Positions 60,894 to 64,000 of a DNA stretch of 64,000 nt are shown one piece after another (positions within the stretch are counted from its first letter, which is position 1; each line of letters starts with the position of its first letter). The notes under the pieces were generated by a model that worked only from the letters and a program-made list of their open reading frames with translations, had not been told where the DNA came from and did no database searches. Source of the stretch: Nitrospinaceae bacterium (GTDB lineage: Bacteria; Nitrospinota; Nitrospinia; Nitrospinales; Nitrospinaceae). The DNA lies in the NCBI GenBank assembly GCA_965223665.1, contig OZ245011.1, positions 3,904,001-3,968,000 of the forward strand, read 5' to 3'. The position numbers were made by a program, and so were the translations under genes.

Positions 60894-62618
60894 TTATAAA
60901 TGAAGTTGCGACCGAAATAGAGAGGCATAAACACTGTTTTCTTTAACTAAGCTTTCATGAGTTCCCATTTCGATTAATTCTCCCTCACGAAGAACCAAGA
61001 CTCTGTCTGCCCCTTCTAAAGTTGAAAGTCTATGCGCGATAATCAAGGTAGTTTTCCCGGACATTAATTTTAATAAGGCCTCTTTGATTTTCAATTCGGT
61101 AGCGGTGTCAACTGAAGCCGTCGCTTCATCTAGAATAAGAATAGGTGGATCTTTTAAAAATACTCGGGCAATAGCCAATCGATGCCTTTCTCCACCGGAA
61201 AGCTTTACGCCTCTTTCCCCAATCAAGGTTTCATAGCCGTTCGGAAGCTTTTCAATAAATTCAGCCGCATTGGCAGCCTCAGCCGCTTCCTTAATTTGAT
61301 CCTTAGAAGCACTTAAATTTCCATATAGAATATTCTCTTCTACAGTTCCGTTAAAAAGAAACGGTTCTTGTGATACTAATCCCAATTGTTCTCTAAGGTA
61401 GGATAAGCTCAGTTTTTCGAGAGGATAGTTGTCGATGGAAATTTCTCCTGTATTTGGGTCGTAGAATCTCATTAACAATTTGACAATGGTGGATTTCCCG
61501 CTTCCTGTATGACCCACTAAAGCTATTTTTTCTCCAGGGGCGATTTGAAAACTTATATTTTTTAAAACTTGCTTGGGTTTCACATAGGAAAACCCAACCT
61601 GGTTAAAAGTAATTTCTCCTTGCACGTTTGTTGAGGGTAGTAACGGGTCTGGATTTTCCTGAACGTTAGGTTTTGCATCAATGATTTCAAATAAACGATC
61701 ACAGGAAGCCAACGCATGTTGCAGCATATGGTTTAGGCTATGAAGTTGATTTATGGGTGTGTAAAATAAAGCGAGATAACCAATAAATGCTACCAATGTA
61801 CCGACCGTAATTTCTGTATTAGTTACTAAGCCTATACCATAAAGAATAATCAGAACGGTGCCTAATGATCCTAAGAACATCATTGTGGGTGAATAAATAG
61901 CCCACAGTTGCATTACTTTCAAAGTTCCTTTGCAATAAGCATCACTGCGCTCTTCGAATCGTTTAATTTCGTGAAGCTGTCTATTAAATGCAATAGTTTC
62001 CTTAATTCCGGAAATAGTGTCCTGTAAGGTACTATTCATTTTGGCCGCACGTTCTCGAACATTGTGGTAAAGGTCGTGTGCCCGATGGGTATATTTCCAA
62101 GCGCCAATAATTAAAAAAGGGATTGGAATAAGGGAAGCTAAAGCCAACTTCCAATGCAATGCCAGCAGAATAGCCATAATCCCCATCAAGGTTAAAACGG
62201 CAGTAACTAATTGCTCAATTCCATCAATAAAAATTCTTTCTACATAGGTGACATCATCATTAACTCGTGACATGATTTCCCCTGTAGAACGGTTTTCGAA
62301 ATAATTTATAGATAGTTTTTGTAGAGAACGGTACACATGAGAACGGATATCGAATACTACTTTTTGTTCGACTTGATTATTGACAACAATCCGTTTGTAA
62401 TTACAGAAATTTCTTCCTAAATAAGCGAGAACAAGTGCAAAAACCCCTCCATAAACCAGCCAATTAGATTGTGGATCAATCAATTCATCTATTATTATTT
62501 TTATCAACCAGGGTGGAACCAAATCTAACAAGGTGGTGAGTATTGCAAAGGTTAGGGTAAGGGCCACTTGATTTTTATACGGTTTGAGATAGGTTAAAAC
62601 TCTGATCAATGATTTCAT
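60894..62618 (-). CDS. ABC exporter, fused permease-ATPase
   Basis: Six-TM domain, GHTGSGKST, LSGGE, ILDEAT and IAHRLST. Confidence 0.95.
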   Translation of the reverse strand: MKSLIRVLTYLKPYKNQVALTLTFAILTTLLDLVPPWLIKIIIDELIDPQSNWLVYGGVFALVLAYLGRNFCNYKRIVVNNQVEQKVVFDIRSHVYRSLQKLSINYFENRSTGEIMSRVNDDVTYVERIFIDGIEQLVTAVLTLMGIMAILLALHWKLALASLIPIPFLIIGAWKYTHRAHDLYHNVRERAAKMNSTLQDTISGIKETIAFNRQLHEIKRFEERSDAYCKGTLKVMQLWAIYSPTMMFLGSLGTVLIILYGIGLVTNTEITVGTLVAFIGYLALFYTPINQLHSLNHMLQHALASCDRLFEIIDAKPNVQENPDPLLPSTNVQGEITFNQVGFSYVKPKQVLKNISFQIAPGEKIALVGHTGSGKSTIVKLLMRFYDPNTGEISIDNYPLEKLSLSYLREQLGLVSQEPFLFNGTVEENILYGNLSASKDQIKEAAEAANAAEFIEKLPNGYETLIGERGVKLSGGERHRLAIARVFLKDPPILILDEATASVDTATELKIKEALLKLMSGKTTLIIAHRLSTLEGADRVLVLREGELIEMGTHESLVKENSVYASLFRSQLHL

Positions 62619-62754
62619 TTTTGAAATGTTTAAGTTACTTGAACAGGAAATTATTATTCCGCTGACAGGTAAGAATAGAAGTGATAAGGTTTTAGTTTAT
62701 TTTAAATTTTTACATTTTGTATGACAACTTCATCCTAAAGGAAAATATAAAATA

Positions 62755-63705
62755 ATGGAATATAGAAAATTAGGCTCCAGTGATCTGGAGGTATCAGAGT
62801 TAGCTTATGGGGCTTGGGGAATTGGAGGGGCTCCATTTTGGAGTACTGAAGGAGACAGCAATTCTGAAAAATCAATTCTACGCGCCTATGATTTGGGAAT
62901 TAATTTTTATGATACAGCACCTGTATACGGGTTTGGTCATTCAGAAAGCTTGATTGGAAAAACGTTAAAACCCTTCCGCAACAAAGTTATCCTGGCTACA
63001 AAATGTGGTTTGGTTTGGGAAAAACCTGCAATTGGGAAAATTTCTAAAGTAGCTAAGCGGGACTCCATACTCAAAGAAATCGATGAAAGCCTTAGACGTT
63101 TACAAACCGATTATATTGATTTGTATCAAGTTCATTGGCCGGATGTGAACACAGCACAGGCAGAGACGATGGAAGCCTTGATGGAAATTCAGCGGCAAGG
63201 AAAAATCCGTCATATTGGGGTAAGTAATTATTCTGTTAAACAAATGCAGGACTGTTTAGACGTGGGTCCAATTGTATCGCTTCAACCGGAGTATAGTTTG
63301 TTACAAAGATCTATCGAAAAGGAAATAGTACCTTTTTGTTTAAAAAATAAAATAGGAATCATAGCTTATAGTCCATTAGCCTCAGGAGTATTGACTGGTA
63401 AATATGACAAAAATACTAAATTTAAAGATTGGCGGAGTAAAGGAATATTAGGGGAGTTTGTAGGTGAAGCTTTTCAACGCAATGTAGCAAAAGTAGAACA
63501 ACTTAAAGAGGAGGCTAAAAACCTGGGAAAAACTTGTGGGCAGACTGCATTGAATTGGGTCACTCATCAACCTGGAGTAGCCACGGCCTTAGTTGGAGTT
63601 AAGAATCCCAATCAGGTTGAGGAGAATTTAAATGCTTGTGGGTGGAGTATAAGTGAGTCAGCCTTGACTCGGATCAATAAATTATTTGAAAAAGTTGAAA
63701 ATTAA
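62755..63705 (+). CDS. Aldo/keto reductase
   Basis: YDTAPVYGFGHSE, ATKCG, YIDLYQVHWPD, IGVSNY and AYSPLASG. Confidence 0.95.
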   Translation: MEYRKLGSSDLEVSELAYGAWGIGGAPFWSTEGDSNSEKSILRAYDLGINFYDTAPVYGFGHSESLIGKTLKPFRNKVILATKCGLVWEKPAIGKISKVAKRDSILKEIDESLRRLQTDYIDLYQVHWPDVNTAQAETMEALMEIQRQGKIRHIGVSNYSVKQMQDCLDVGPIVSLQPEYSLLQRSIEKEIVPFCLKNKIGIIAYSPLASGVLTGKYDKNTKFKDWRSKGILGEFVGEAFQRNVAKVEQLKEEAKNLGKTCGQTALNWVTHQPGVATALVGVKNPNQVEENLNACGWSISESALTRINKLFEKVEN

Positions 63706-63775
63706 AAATTCCTGACATTGGAATACAGTTTTCCCAATTAGAAAAAATGGTAAATAACGGTTTTAGTCTTGATAG

Positions 63776-64000
63776 TTATTCTGTATGAAATTTGTAAGTG
63801 GCGATGAATTTTTCTGAATCTTCTTTGATTTGTGAAACGAGTTCTTGAAGTTGGGGCGAATCGACCTTCAGATGACCTAAACTATCATTCATTTCTCTAA
63901 TTGTATTTTCCAACTGACCGCTGTTTGCGATGGCAGTAGATTTGGAAATATTTTCCATATTCACTTTAATGCTGGCAATTTGATCATAGATATTATCCTG
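63776..64000 (-). CDS. 3' end of a helical hypothetical protein truncated by the window edge
   Basis: The frame stays open to base 64000 (QDNIYDQIASIKVNMENISK...), so the GTG start at 63964 in the track is probably not the true start. Confidence 0.6.
   Translation of the reverse strand, partial: QDNIYDQIASIKVNMENISKSTAIANSGQLENTIREMNDSLGHLKVDSPQLQELVSQIKEDSEKFIATYKFHTE

Overview
An AT-rich, gene-dense bacterial chromosomal window with about 65 CDSs, mostly housekeeping: asnS, rlmD, kdsA, proB, purA, ispH, sdhCAB, gatCA, comEC, rnr, pheT, the zapB-zapA-6S RNA-5-formyl-THF cyclo-ligase-rny-lysS block, lolC/E-lolD-lpxD and accA. The organism is a diderm (Kdo, lipid A and Lol genes) that also carries DivIVA, RNase Y and a Bacillus-type single-anchor SDH/FRD. 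That mix, plus DUF3386 and squalene synthase genes, suggests Nitrospinota or a related deep-branching lineage; this is inference, not a database result. I saw no mobile element, prophage, CRISPR array, rRNA or tRNA. No clearly new multi-gene system is demonstrable from sequence alone. Best leads: (1) a translationally coupled mtnA + nucleotidyltransferase-LbH pair matching the two protein families that make up eukaryotic eIF2B; (2) a consensus sigma-54 promoter followed by a structured ~75-nt RNA with anti-Shine-Dalgarno motifs upstream of a diguanylate cyclase; (3) an nfeD gene followed by a hydrolase, a BamE-like protein and two ankyrin proteins instead of its usual SPFH partner; (4) a long hairpin leader before a small Zn-ribbon gene; (5) a 47-aa membrane ORF missed by the ORF track.
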